Source of the DNA: an uncultured Alphaproteobacteria bacterium
Lineage (GTDB): Bacteria; Pseudomonadota; Alphaproteobacteria; RF32; CAG-239
DNA: 64,000 nucleotides
Reading direction: 5' to 3'
Assembly: GCA_944391715.1 (NCBI GenBank)
Contig: CALXUP010000001.1
Span: 100,676-164,675 of the forward strand
The position numbers were made by a program, and so were the translations under genes. The notes below the pieces were generated by a model. That model saw only the letters and a program-made list of their open reading frames with translations. It was not told the DNA's origin and did no database searches. Below are positions 18,745 to 28,567 of this stretch, in pieces (the stretch's first letter is position 1; the number at the start of each line of letters is the position of its first letter).

Positions 18745-19772
18745 TGATTTATAAACAGGCGCAAATTGAGAAATTCTGCAAAAAGCCCGATGAACAGATA
18801 AAATGTTTTCTGGTCTATGGCAGTAATGAAGGTTTGCAAGCTGAGTATGTGAAGAATCTGACCAAAAGCATTAGTCCTGATATTTATGATCCTTTTCAGG
18901 TCGTATATTTTAATTGTTCTGACATTCTTTCTGATATCGGCGCTTTGGCAGCGGAATATTCCAGCCAGTCGTTGATGGGCGGCCGGCGGGTGATTGTTAT
19001 TAAAGATGCCGATAATAACTTGACCAAACATTTGAAAGCTCTTTTGGATAATTCGGTCTCGGATACTTTGATTATTGTTTCTTCCGGAAGTTTGAATAAA
19101 AAGTCTTCTTTGGTTGCTTTGGGAGAATCACGGGAAGATATGGGGGTGATTGCCTGTTATGATGACCGGGACGAAGACGTGTTTTCTACTGTACGCGGAA
19201 AATTGAGCGAAAACGGCTACAGTATTAACAATGAGGCTTTGCAGCTTTTGTGTTCCCGCCTTTCCAATGACCGAAAAACCAATCTCGGTGAGATTGAAAA
19301 ACTGATAACTTATATGGGAGATAAAAAGGCTGTCGGCAGTGATGATGTTCGGGCGGTTATTTCGGATGCATCTGCGTCCAGCAGTGAAGATGTCTGTTAT
19401 TTTACGGCCGGCGGAGATAAGGAAAAGGCGCTGCGGGCTTATCAGAAGATGATTAATGAAGGGAATGAGCCGATTTCGATTGTGCGGACGCTGACTTATC
19501 ATTTTAATAAAATTCTGACGGCTTTGTCTTATATGGAAAGCGGCGACAGCGTGGAGCGGGCGATGGGACGGCTGATTCCGCGGATTATTTTCTTTCGTGA
19601 AGGAAGTTTCAAACGCCAGCTGAATATTTGGAACAAAAATAATGTTCTTGGTGTTATTGAGCTTTTGTATAAATGTGAACGGGATTGTAAAACGACAAAT
19701 ATGCCGGTTGAGGAGATTGTCAGTTATACGTTGATGCAGATATCTTCCAAAGCGGCAAGATTAATCCGTTAG
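18744..19772 (+). CDS. holA: DNA polymerase III delta subunit HolA (GTG start overlapping the lptE stop)
   Basis: About 340 aa with a clamp-loader delta N-terminal domain pattern (LVYGSNEGL...RVIVIKDAD), and synteny. Confidence 0.8.
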   Translation: MIYKQAQIEKFCKKPDEQIKCFLVYGSNEGLQAEYVKNLTKSISPDIYDPFQVVYFNCSDILSDIGALAAEYSSQSLMGGRRVIVIKDADNNLTKHLKALLDNSVSDTLIIVSSGSLNKKSSLVALGESREDMGVIACYDDRDEDVFSTVRGKLSENGYSINNEALQLLCSRLSNDRKTNLGEIEKLITYMGDKKAVGSDDVRAVISDASASSSEDVCYFTAGGDKEKALRAYQKMINEGNEPISIVRTLTYHFNKILTALSYMESGDSVERAMGRLIPRIIFFREGSFKRQLNIWNKNNVLGVIELLYKCERDCKTTNMPVEEIVSYTLMQISSKAARLIR

Positions 19773-19826
19773 GTTTTTAGTTCCCGGTATAGGTAAAATA
19801 TCGTTAATGTTTCAGCAGAAAAGGTT

Positions 19827-20900
19827 TTAGTTTTCTTTTCGGCAAAAACGGTTAAAAAATAAAGCCAGCTGCCGGATGAAAAAGATTGCGGCGATTGATG
19901 AAAAATGGAAGAACATAGCGCAGGCTCCAAAAATGGCCAGAACAGGGATCCATTTTCCCGAAAGTTCAAAATCCGAATAAAATACCGGAATTCCATAGCA
20001 TAAAGTTATGAATACATAAAGCATCAGCAGAAAGTAGATTATTCTTATTATCGGGCGGAGAATAAATTTTTTGAATTTTCCGCAGGGCTTGTTTTTTATG
20101 AATTTGCGTATTTTTTGCCACTGATACGGGGCAAAAATGTTTCCGCCGTATATTAAAAACATAATGCAAATAATATTGAGGAACATAAAATTTAGAAAAG
20201 CCTGACTACTGAAGGAAGGTGAGGCAAAAAAGGCGTCATTTATGAAATTAACAACGGCATTTTTATGCTCTATTCCCGGATTGCTGAGGTAAAGCGCATT
20301 TTGGCAATAAAGGATTATGTAAGCGAAGAACCCCAGAAAAAGAAGAAAACGGTCAATGAATACCTGATCGACAAATTTTCTGATTTTTAGAAGATGCTTT
20401 TCTTCTTCCGTGGAAAGCCGTTCAATTTTTCCGATGTTGGCAATGATGAAGAATTTATTGAAAAAAGTTTGTTTTATTTTTCTTCTGAATGAGATTTTTG
20501 TGCCGGTGTTTTGCTCTTTTGCTTGTTTCAGGGCACGGTTTATTACTGAATAAGTTTTGAAAAATAAAGTTATCTGCGGCAGGCAGTAAGGGGTAATTGG
20601 AGATTTTTTCCAGGTGATAACGGCAAAGGCATATACGGAAAACAGCATAATCATCATTGCCGGTGCCGAAGGATGTTTTTGGTACAGGGCGGATCCGGCA
20701 AAAAATGTCAGATAGGCAAGCCAGGCAAGGCATATTAATTTGAAAAGGATTCCGTTGTTTTGTTTGTTTTCAATATGTCTCAGCAGTTTTTTCAGCGGAT
20801 TGCCGGCCGCCAGCCGATCGGAGATTCTTAGTCCCGGAATCTGTTTTTGGAATTGTTCAAAATTTTCGGGCAGAAAGTCTTCGGGTGTTATGTCGGTCAT
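19827..20900 (-). CDS. Hypothetical polytopic membrane protein (357 aa) with no recognisable family, in a low-GC islet
   Basis: At least 8 predicted hydrophobic helices and an ATGA overlap with the upstream ORF. AT-rich codon usage distinct from the flanking genes. Confidence 0.55.
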   Translation of the reverse strand: MTDITPEDFLPENFEQFQKQIPGLRISDRLAAGNPLKKLLRHIENKQNNGILFKLICLAWLAYLTFFAGSALYQKHPSAPAMMIMLFSVYAFAVITWKKSPITPYCLPQITLFFKTYSVINRALKQAKEQNTGTKISFRRKIKQTFFNKFFIIANIGKIERLSTEEEKHLLKIRKFVDQVFIDRFLLFLGFFAYIILYCQNALYLSNPGIEHKNAVVNFINDAFFASPSFSSQAFLNFMFLNIICIMFLIYGGNIFAPYQWQKIRKFIKNKPCGKFKKFILRPIIRIIYFLLMLYVFITLCYGIPVFYSDFELSGKWIPVLAIFGACAMFFHFSSIAAIFFIRQLALFFNRFCRKEN

Positions 20901-21862
20901 TGCGTTTTTCCTTTTCCGTTTGTTGTTCGGAGATCGACGGCAAAAATCCTGTTATAAAGTTTGACGTAGAGTTTTGACGGATTTTTTCTCCGGTCGGCGC
21001 TCAGATGAAGAATTTGTTCCGGGTGTTCCGGGGCGGAGGATATTGTAAATTTTTGCGGATAAGGCGGGCAGCCTTCGTAAAAGCCTTTTTGTTTTTTATA
21101 TTTTTCCGGAATGTCTGCCAGTTTTATAGTATCTGAGAACTTTGGATAGGTGTCAATAAAACGGATGTAATTGGTTCCGCAATAGGTAAAGCGGTCTTTT
21201 TGCGGGCAGAAGTTCATTATGGAAACCGTGAAGAACCCTTTTTTATCTTTTAACGGAACGACCTCGTAACCGGCAGCATAAAGCCTGTAGTCTTTCTGGT
21301 CTTTGGTAATGAGCAGGTCAGAAGAGAACATCGGTCTGAAGAAAGGATATTTCCAGTAAGAAACGGCAATCGGAGATAAAATATTTTCGATTTTCGGCTG
21401 GCATTTATTTTTTGAATCAGGAAAGGTGATTTTTTGCAGTGAAAAAAACGGAAATTCCGTTTGGGGAAGATGCAGTTTTAATTTTTCGTACTGATCCGTG
21501 CGGGTAAGTGTGCCGGCAAAACCGCTGTTGATGATGCCGAAATTGTTTTCTTTTTTCAAATTTGTAAAGTCGGAGATTTCCGTATATGTGTTGGTTAATG
21601 TTATGGGCGATATGGACGTTGTTTCTTTTGTTGACGGCCGTTGTTGAAGTAATTCCGAGCTTTTTCGGGCATAATGGGAATCTTTATATTGATTGTCGAT
21701 GCAGGCGGTCAATTTATCTAAGGAAAGAGTGCTGCTGCACCAGAAAAGCGGTTGGGCTTCGAAAAAAAATTTATAATATTTGTTGTACAATTTGACATTT
21801 ATGACAATAAGCACGAGGACAAATATGAGAATAAGGATGCGGCGGAAATTGCTCAGAGGCAT
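20897..21862 (-). CDS. Hypothetical protein (321 aa), N-terminal membrane anchor plus an extracytoplasmic domain, unknown family
   Basis: TM helix ILILIFVLVLIVINV followed by a soluble Cys-containing domain. Translationally coupled to 19827..20900. Confidence 0.55.
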   Translation of the reverse strand: MPLSNFRRILILIFVLVLIVINVKLYNKYYKFFFEAQPLFWCSSTLSLDKLTACIDNQYKDSHYARKSSELLQQRPSTKETTSISPITLTNTYTEISDFTNLKKENNFGIINSGFAGTLTRTDQYEKLKLHLPQTEFPFFSLQKITFPDSKNKCQPKIENILSPIAVSYWKYPFFRPMFSSDLLITKDQKDYRLYAAGYEVVPLKDKKGFFTVSIMNFCPQKDRFTYCGTNYIRFIDTYPKFSDTIKLADIPEKYKKQKGFYEGCPPYPQKFTISSAPEHPEQILHLSADRRKNPSKLYVKLYNRIFAVDLRTTNGKGKTQ

Positions 21863-21964
21863 ACATTTCTCCTTTTTATAAAGGCGTTATATTGTTTGTA
21901 GTATAAAAAGGAGCTTATTTAAAAACAGTTAAAGGTTGTAAAAGGATAAGATTTTGATTGTAAT

Positions 21965-21999
21965 AAAAAAGCCCGCCGGGAAAATTCTCGGCGGTTTGT
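21965..21999 (-). terminator. Rho-independent terminator downstream of the DUF378 gene (hairpin ccgccg/cggcgg, then a T-run on the minus strand)
   Basis: 6-bp GC stem, 10-nt loop, U-tract on the minus-strand transcript. Confidence 0.55.
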
Positions 22000-22002
22000 T
22001 TT

Positions 22003-22209
22003 TTATTCTCCTATTTTTTCCCGACAATAAGGTAAATCCAGAATTGCAATAACAGCCGAAATTCCGACCAGCATATAAATAATCTGGGTCAGAATACCGG
22101 CCTCTCCAAAGATGAAAGAAACAAGATTAAATCCAAAGAACCCGATCAGTCCCCAGTTGATCCCTCCGATGATGGTTAAAATTAGAGCGATTTGCCGTAC
22201 AATGTTCAT
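22003..22209 (-). CDS. DUF378-family small membrane protein (68 aa from the internal start MNIVRQ at 22209; the ORF as listed opens at 22314)
   Basis: The GGINWGLIGFFGFNLV motif is typical of DUF378. An RBS GGAGAA precedes the internal ATG. Confidence 0.65.
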   Translation of the reverse strand: MNIVRQIALILTIIGGINWGLIGFFGFNLVSFIFGEAGILTQIIYMLVGISAVIAILDLPYCREKIGE

Positions 22210-22291
22210 TTTGCTTCTCCTGTAAATAAAAGTTGGCATTTTCTGCCAGTATGATATATATGCCATAAATGTTTTTTCAACGGAGAGAACC

Positions 22292-22990
22292 ATGTACAGC
22301 GAAAAATTTGCCAAAGCGGTTGAGATGCTGCAAAAAGATTTTGCTTTGGAAAGATCTATTGATGAAAAAATTTGTGCCGATCGGGACGGAAGGCCAATTC
22401 CCTGGTATACATTTCCGGCGATTGAGTATTTATCGCAATTTGATTATCGAAACAGAAAAATTTTTGAATACGGCTGCGGTTCTTCTTCGCATTTTTGGGC
22501 GGAGAGAGCCGAAAAGGTCATTAGTATTGAAGATAATCCGAAGTGGTTTGAGAAATGGCAGGCAGAAATGACGGAATCTAATCTGGAGGTTCGCTGGCGG
22601 GATGAAGGCGAGATTTATGAAAATGCCATTTTTGAACAGGAAGATTTGTTTGATGTTATTGTGGTTGACGGTAAAAGACGGGCGGAATGTTGTGCGGCGG
22701 CGGTGCAAAGACTGACTAAGGGCGGAATGATTATTCTTGATGACAGCGACAGGGTTAATACCAGCCAGGAATATCGAAAAGCGATTGCCATTCTTCGGGA
22801 AAGCGGATTGATTCAGGTGGATTTTTATGGTTTTTGCCCAATGAATTGTTATACCAAAACAACCAGTCTGTTTTTGAGCCGGGATTTTGATTTTGAATCA
22901 AAATATGAGGTTCAGCCGATAAACGGATTGGGAAATTTATGGTCGATGAGCCGACGAGAAAGAAAGGATTTTTATAAGAAAATGGCATAA
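22292..22990 (+). CDS. Putative class I SAM-dependent methyltransferase
   Basis: Motif I-like IFEYGCGSSSHFWA and an acidic motif II/post-I (VISIEDN), followed by VIVVDG...GGMIILDD, typical of the Rossmann MTase fold. A terminator follows. Confidence 0.55.
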   Translation: MYSEKFAKAVEMLQKDFALERSIDEKICADRDGRPIPWYTFPAIEYLSQFDYRNRKIFEYGCGSSSHFWAERAEKVISIEDNPKWFEKWQAEMTESNLEVRWRDEGEIYENAIFEQEDLFDVIVVDGKRRAECCAAAVQRLTKGGMIILDDSDRVNTSQEYRKAIAILRESGLIQVDFYGFCPMNCYTKTTSLFLSRDFDFESKYEVQPINGLGNLWSMSRRERKDFYKKMA

Positions 22991-22992
22991 AA

Positions 22993-23031
22993 AACAGGAT
23001 TGCGGTTTTTTACCGGAATCCTGTTTTTTTT
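22993..23031 (+). terminator. Rho-independent terminator after the methyltransferase gene
   Basis: Hairpin caggattgcgg/ccggaatcctg followed by TTTTTTTT. Confidence 0.6.
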
Positions 23032-23316
23032 GTATCAGTCATCATATCTGTTAACATTGCGGTATTTGTATATATCATACCACATTATCAGATATACAAA
23101 CACTGTAAATACGACCCAAATTAATCCTGTAATTTGCCAGCCGTTTAATGAAGCTAAAAAGTCGACCATAGTATTTTTTTATTTAATGGTTAATGAATTC
23201 AAAAAATTTATAAAAAAATGTATGCGAATTTTTGTTTCATAAAAGCAATATAATTAAAGTTAATAATAAATTTTGTGCTTTCCAATATATGCCAGAACGT
23301 CTTTGTAGTCAACAGA

Positions 23317-23961
23317 TTATTGAGCAAGGCCGGCAATCTCGGCCCGGAGTTCTTCCAGACCCAGCTTTTTTTCAGAGCTGGTTGCCAAAAGCCGGATATG
23401 AGCAGCACCGTGCTTTTTGATGTTTTCCTGAGTATCAAAAATAACTTTTTGCAGCTCTTTGGCGGAAATTTTATCTGTTTTGGTTAAGACAATCTGATAT
23501 GTAACGGCAGCGGCATCGAGCATTTTCATAATTTCTTCATCGACTTTTTTGATTCCGTGGCGCGAATCTATCAGCAGAAAAACGCGTTTCAGGTTTACCC
23601 GTCCCTGCAGATAGGCAAAAATCATTTTCTGCCATTGTCTGACCATATTTTCCGGCGCCTGGGCAAAGCCATAACCAGGTAAATCTACCATCAGCAGTTT
23701 GTTACCGAGATTAAAATAATTCAGCTGTTGGGTACGACCGGGTGTGTTGGAGGCTTTAGCCAGATTTTTTTGGCCGGTCAGGGCATTAATCAGGCTTGAT
23801 TTTCCAACGTTTGAACGTCCGGCAAAGGCAATTTCACCGAGTTCGGAAACCGGAAGCTGGTCTAAACGGGCTGCACCGAGCATAAAAGTGCAGGGGCCGG
23901 AGAGAAGCTTTCTTCCGGCGTCTATTTGTTCAGGGCTCAATTCTTCTGTTTTTGTTTCCAT
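23317..23961 (-). CDS. engB: Ribosome-biogenesis GTPase EngB/YihA
   Basis: G1 motif GRSNVGKSS, G3 DLPGYG, G4 TKTD, and the conserved position upstream of yidC. Confidence 0.9.
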   Translation of the reverse strand: METKTEELSPEQIDAGRKLLSGPCTFMLGAARLDQLPVSELGEIAFAGRSNVGKSSLINALTGQKNLAKASNTPGRTQQLNYFNLGNKLLMVDLPGYGFAQAPENMVRQWQKMIFAYLQGRVNLKRVFLLIDSRHGIKKVDEEIMKMLDAAAVTYQIVLTKTDKISAKELQKVIFDTQENIKKHGAAHIRLLATSSEKKLGLEELRAEIAGLAQ

Positions 23962-23964
23962 AAA

Positions 23965-25659
23965 TCAGACTCCGACTTTGCGCATAATGGCTTTTTGCTG
24001 GATGATGGAGAGCAGGTTGCTCAATGTCCAGTATATAACCAGTCCTGAAGCAAAATGTCCGAGCATAAAGGTGAAGATTAACGGAAGCAGAGCAAAAACG
24101 CGCGCTTGATCTTTATTGGCCGGTGCGGGATTCAGCTTTTGCTGGATATACATGCTGATGCCCATCAGAATCGGCCAAATGCCAATGTCCAGGATTCCGG
24201 GAATCGGAAGATGCGACCAAACCGAAATTGTCAGCGGATCCGGTGCGGAAAGGTCTTTAATCCAGCCGATAAACGGTGCGTGGCGAATCTCGATAGAGAT
24301 ATTCAGTACTTTATACAGAGAGAAGAATACCGGAATTTGGATCAGAACCGGCAGGCATCCGGCAGCGGGATTGATTTTTTCTTTGCGATAGAGGTTCATA
24401 ACTTCTTGCTGCATTTTTACCTTATCGTCTTTATATCTTTCTTGAATTTCCAGCATTTTAGGCTGAACTTTTTTCATTTTAGACATACTTTCGTAAGACT
24501 TGTTGGCAATCGGATACATCAGCAGCCGGAGCAGGGCGGCAAAGAGCAGAATCGCCCATCCCATATTGCCGATAATATGATATAAAAAGTCCAGAATGTA
24601 GAAGAACGGTTTGGTCAGGAAGTAGTACCAGCCGAAATCAACTGCCAAATCGAATTTGTCGATATTATATTTTTTGGTGTAGTTATCCAGCAGTTTGATT
24701 TCTTTGGCGCCGGAATAAAAGCGAATATTCTGGGTTCCGATGGAGCCCGGAGCGATGTTGGCAGCATCGCCGAGGTAGTCAACCTGATAAACGTTGTCCG
24801 CGGTTTTGCCGAACTTGACTTTGGCGTTTTGATTGTTGCCGAAGACCAGAGAACTGAACCAGTACCGGTCGCCGAATCCGACCCAGCCGCCGTTGGTTTT
24901 GAATTCTTCCTTTTCTCCTTGTTTTTTTAAGGAGGAGTATTTGATTTCTTTCAGCGAAGAATCGATGACGCCGAGCATTCCCTCATGAACAACGGCGTTT
25001 TGGGAACTTTGGTTTTGGTCGATTGTCCGGCTGATCAGCCCGTAAGGATAAAGGGTGATTTCTTTTCCGGTGTTGTTCTCGACAGACTGCTCAATATTGA
25101 ACATATAGTTTTTATCGAGGCTGATTTTACGGATAAAGCGCAGGCCCTGTCCATTGTTATATTCCAATACAAGCGGGGTTTCCGGTGTCAGTTCTTTGGT
25201 TTTGGCCTGCCATTCGGTTGAGTTGTCCGGTAATTTTAAATTCCGGTCATTGGAGAGCCAGCCGAACTCAGCATAATAGGGTTCGATTGTCCGGGTCGGA
25301 GACAAAAGTTCAACATCCGGGCTGTCTTTTTCCAGTCCGACTTTGTACTTGGAAAGGTAAAGTTCATCAAAACGGGCACCTTTCAAGCGGATGCTGCCGT
25401 GAACGGCATCATTGGAAAATTTTATGCGTTTTTCAGAAGCGACGGCTTCGGCCGTGGTCAGGGGCTTTTCATCAATTATGATTTTGCCTTCGTTTTGCGA
25501 ATCAGACAGTTTTTCTTCTGCAAGGCTGATTTCCGGTTCTGCTTTGTTTTGCGGGGCTGCAGGCGTTGTCGGAAACAGATAGTTGGTAACGAAAATGGCA
25601 ATAACGGATAGTATAACGGCGAGAAACAAGCCTCTGGTTTCTTCTTTCATAATGTGCAA
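23965..25659 (-). CDS. yidC: Membrane protein insertase YidC
   Basis: About 560 aa, a large periplasmic P1 domain, then the conserved C-terminal 5-TM core (PxxxKMQ...YKxxKINPxxGCLPxLIQIPVF). Confidence 0.95.
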   Translation of the reverse strand: MHIMKEETRGLFLAVILSVIAIFVTNYLFPTTPAAPQNKAEPEISLAEEKLSDSQNEGKIIIDEKPLTTAEAVASEKRIKFSNDAVHGSIRLKGARFDELYLSKYKVGLEKDSPDVELLSPTRTIEPYYAEFGWLSNDRNLKLPDNSTEWQAKTKELTPETPLVLEYNNGQGLRFIRKISLDKNYMFNIEQSVENNTGKEITLYPYGLISRTIDQNQSSQNAVVHEGMLGVIDSSLKEIKYSSLKKQGEKEEFKTNGGWVGFGDRYWFSSLVFGNNQNAKVKFGKTADNVYQVDYLGDAANIAPGSIGTQNIRFYSGAKEIKLLDNYTKKYNIDKFDLAVDFGWYYFLTKPFFYILDFLYHIIGNMGWAILLFAALLRLLMYPIANKSYESMSKMKKVQPKMLEIQERYKDDKVKMQQEVMNLYRKEKINPAAGCLPVLIQIPVFFSLYKVLNISIEIRHAPFIGWIKDLSAPDPLTISVWSHLPIPGILDIGIWPILMGISMYIQQKLNPAPANKDQARVFALLPLIFTFMLGHFASGLVIYWTLSNLLSIIQQKAIMRKVGV

Positions 25660-25750
25660 CAGCTCCTTTTGACTTTATCTTTCAGTTTTTTGCAATAAAA
25701 AATATTTTATAACATATTTAATCTATATTCCGGCGCAAAGCAAGCAATTA

Positions 25751-25996
25751 TCAATGATTATGCGGTTTTTCTTTTGGCGGAACAGGGTCGTATCCGCTGC
25801 CGCCCCAGGGGTGGCAGCGCAGTATTCTTTTTGTTCCGAGCCACAGGCCCTTGAAAATGCCGTGAATCCGAAGTGCCTCAATCATATATTGCGAGCAGGT
25901 CGGACGATAGCGGCAAACCCCGGGAAAAAGCGGAGAAATGAGGAATTGGTAAAGCTTAATCAGCAGAATCAGCGGCAGGGTCAGGAGTTTTTTCAT
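25751..25996 (-). CDS. yidD: Membrane protein insertion efficiency factor YidD
   Basis: 81 aa with the family motif YQxxISPLxxxxCRYxPTCSxY. Confidence 0.9.
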   Translation of the reverse strand: MKKLLTLPLILLIKLYQFLISPLFPGVCRYRPTCSQYMIEALRIHGIFKGLWLGTKRILRCHPWGGSGYDPVPPKEKPHNH

Positions 25997-26369
25997 TGGC
26001 CGACTTCTCTTTTTTTAATATTTTATTGATGCGTTTCAGCGCGATAATCATTTCTTCTTTAAGCTTGGCAAAATTGCAGGAGGCCGTATTATGACGTCCG
26101 ATCAAAACATAAGAAACGCCGGGCAGGGAATGGCGGGGAAAAATCTCCCGGGCAGCGGCGCGCAGACGGCGTTTGGTCCGGTTGCGGACATGGGCTTTGC
26201 CGATTTTTTTTGTTACGGTATATCCCAAACCGGCGCCGCCGGAAATTGGTTTTACGGCAGGAATATGAAAAGCCGCCTGCAGAATCAAAGAAGATGATAC
26301 CATTTTTTGACCTTGCGAGGCGACTTTTACAAAATCTTTGCGTTTTTTTAAGATAAAAACTTCAGTCAT
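25956..26369 (-). CDS. rnpA: RNase P protein component
   Basis: Basic ~120-aa protein with the RNR-like motif ([13 protein letters not shown]), positioned between rpmH and yidD. Confidence 0.85.
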   Translation of the reverse strand: MTEVFILKKRKDFVKVASQGQKMVSSSLILQAAFHIPAVKPISGGAGLGYTVTKKIGKAHVRNRTKRRLRAAAREIFPRHSLPGVSYVLIGRHNTASCNFAKLKEEMIIALKRINKILKKEKSANEKTPDPAADSAD

Positions 26370-26388
26370 AGTTTGCTTTCAAAGAAAA

Positions 26389-26523
26389 CTAAGCAGAAAG
26401 TCTTTTACGTCCTTTCAAACGACGGGCAGCCAGAACTTTGCGGCCGCCGACAGTTGCCATACGGGTACGAAAGCCGTGACGGCGTGCTCTTACCAGCTTG
26501 CTGGGTTGATATGTACGTTTCAT
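26389..26523 (-). CDS. rpmH: 50S ribosomal protein L34 (44 aa)
   Basis: Hand translation gives [44 protein letters not shown], the canonical L34 sequence. It is below the 60-aa cutoff of the ORF track. Confidence 0.95.
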   Translation of the reverse strand: MKRTYQPSKLVRARRHGFRTRMATVGGRKVLAARRLKGRKRLSA

Positions 26524-26740
26524 TTTGTTTCTCCGGTTTTTTAGTTATTTATTTAAAATTTTCAAAGCAAAACGCAGTGAAAATTCTCGGGTTACAGCCT
26601 CTTATAGACAGTTTTTGCCGGCAAGTCAATGATTTTTTTGAAAAAATTTGTTCTTGGTCTGGATATGCGAAAGTTTTATATATTTTGTTTTGTCGAGAAA
26701 ATGATTTACATTTTTTTATTTTCTGTTATCTGAAAATATT

Positions 26741-27670
26741 ATGAGTAAAGGTTATCTGCAAAAATTTATAAAAGTTGATGAAGTTCATACAGTTGCTTAC
26801 AGAGAATATGGCAGACCTGATGGAATTCCGGTTCTTATGCTGCATGGCGGACCAGGCGGCAAAATTGATTTTCGTATTTTGGATTTGATTGATTTAAATT
26901 TCTTTCGGGTCTTTACGATTGATCAGAGAGGTTGCGGGTTAAGTACTCCTAAAGGTGAGTTGCGTGCCAATACATTATTTCATCTCATATCTGATATAGA
27001 GAATATCCGGCAAAAGGAAAAACTAGGAAAATGTATTATTTTTGGACGTTCTTGGGGAACGGTGCTGGGATTAATGTATGCGTTAAAATATCCTCAAAAT
27101 TGTTTACATTTAATATTGCGTGGAATTTTTTTAGGACGAAATACGGATGAATTGTGGACGTTTGAACAATCAAAAGTTAAGTTTCCGCAACAATGGGCTG
27201 AATTTAGTGATGGTTTGACTTCTTTTAGGCCTTTGAATGAACAATTTTATGAAAAGGTTTTTTCGGAAAATAAAAAAATTGCATTATTTTATAGCTCTAA
27301 AATGACGCATTATTTTGATATCTTGGCGACTAATAATGTTGATATTCCGGTAGAACCTGAATCTGAAGAGAATTTAATTGCTAATAAAATTTTTCTTCAT
27401 TATAGTGTGCATCATTATTTTTTTGACGATGTTTTTTGGGAACAACATCTTGGAGAGCTTGATGTTAATGGTATTCATGGCGTTATTCTTCACGGTGGTA
27501 AAGACAATGATTGTTTGGTGGAGCAGGCTTATTATTTGCATAGCAAATGGAAAAAATCTACTTTGATTGTTGAACCTGATGTTTCCCATTGTGATAATCA
27601 ACCAGAAATTAGAAAACAAATTCAGAATATTTTTACGACATTAAAAATTTATTTTAGCCATCGTCTATAA
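26741..27670 (+). CDS. pip: Proline iminopeptidase (S33 prolyl aminopeptidase, alpha/beta hydrolase)
   Basis: LHGGPGG oxyanion motif and the GRSWGTVL nucleophile elbow (GxSxG). Very AT-rich compared with its neighbours. Confidence 0.8.
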   Translation: MSKGYLQKFIKVDEVHTVAYREYGRPDGIPVLMLHGGPGGKIDFRILDLIDLNFFRVFTIDQRGCGLSTPKGELRANTLFHLISDIENIRQKEKLGKCIIFGRSWGTVLGLMYALKYPQNCLHLILRGIFLGRNTDELWTFEQSKVKFPQQWAEFSDGLTSFRPLNEQFYEKVFSENKKIALFYSSKMTHYFDILATNNVDIPVEPESEENLIANKIFLHYSVHHYFFDDVFWEQHLGELDVNGIHGVILHGGKDNDCLVEQAYYLHSKWKKSTLIVEPDVSHCDNQPEIRKQIQNIFTTLKIYFSHRL

Positions 27671-27686
27671 ATACTTTTCAAAAAGA

Positions 27687-27733
27687 ATCAGTCTCTTGGG
27701 ATTTTTTTATCCGGTGGGAGACTGATTTTTTTA
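27687..27733. terminator. Bidirectional terminator-like hairpin between pip and the BI-1 gene
   Basis: 9-bp stem atcagtctc/gagactgat with a long loop, followed by TTTTTTT. Convergent gene ends flank it. Confidence 0.4.
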
Positions 27734-27758
27734 TCTTCATTAAAATGCTTGATGCAAA

Positions 27759-28487
27759 TTATTTTCTGTCGCCGATTAGCTGCAACAGGTGAATAAAGAT
27801 GTTGATGAAATCAAGATACAAAGACAAAGCACCGGCAATAGCTTTTTTGGAGGCTGTTTCGCTGTCTTCGTAATCAACGTACATGGCTTTGATGTTTTGA
27901 ATGTCATAAGCCGTCAGTCCGGTAAAGACCAAGACGCTTATGAAAGAGATGGCATAGGACATTCCGGTGCTTTTCAAAAAGAAAGCATTTACCAGTGAGG
28001 CAATGATTATGCCGATCAAGCCCATGAACAAAAAGCTTCCCATTCCGCTCAAGTCGCGTTTGGTTGTGTAGCCGTAAAGGCTCATGGCGCCAAAAGTTGC
28101 AGCCGTAATCAGGAAAACGCGGGTGATGCTTTCTCCGGTATACAACAGCAGAATCGGGCAAAGAGATACGCCCATCAGTGCGGAATAAAGCCAAAATACC
28201 CCTTTAACCTGGGCGGCAGTGCCGCGGTTGATGACCCAGCCAAAGGCAAAGACGATAACCAGCGGCGCGAGAAAAGCAAGCCATCCGAATCCGGAAAGGC
28301 TGGCGCCTTGCGGCGTGATGTTATAAAAAATGCGCAAAATCGAGGGATTGCTGATCATCAGCCAAGAGACCAGAGCCGTAATGCAGAGGCCGCCGGCCAT
28401 ATAATTGAATACCTTCATCAGGTATTGACGCAGACCTTCATTGACAACTGTCGTTTCGACAGGGGCAGTGTAAATTTTGTTTTCCAT
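27759..28487 (-). CDS. Bax inhibitor-1/YccA-family membrane protein
   Basis: 7-TM ~240-aa protein with a BI-1 family pattern (conserved C-terminal region and an acidic tail). Confidence 0.8.
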   Translation of the reverse strand: MENKIYTAPVETTVVNEGLRQYLMKVFNYMAGGLCITALVSWLMISNPSILRIFYNITPQGASLSGFGWLAFLAPLVIVFAFGWVINRGTAAQVKGVFWLYSALMGVSLCPILLLYTGESITRVFLITAATFGAMSLYGYTTKRDLSGMGSFLFMGLIGIIIASLVNAFFLKSTGMSYAISFISVLVFTGLTAYDIQNIKAMYVDYEDSETASKKAIAGALSLYLDFINIFIHLLQLIGDRK

Positions 28488-28567
28488 TAAGATATTTCTC
28501 CATGTTAAGTTATATCTGTTTTTAAATATAGAAATTCTTTACGGATTAATCAAGCTTGGCGGGAGAG

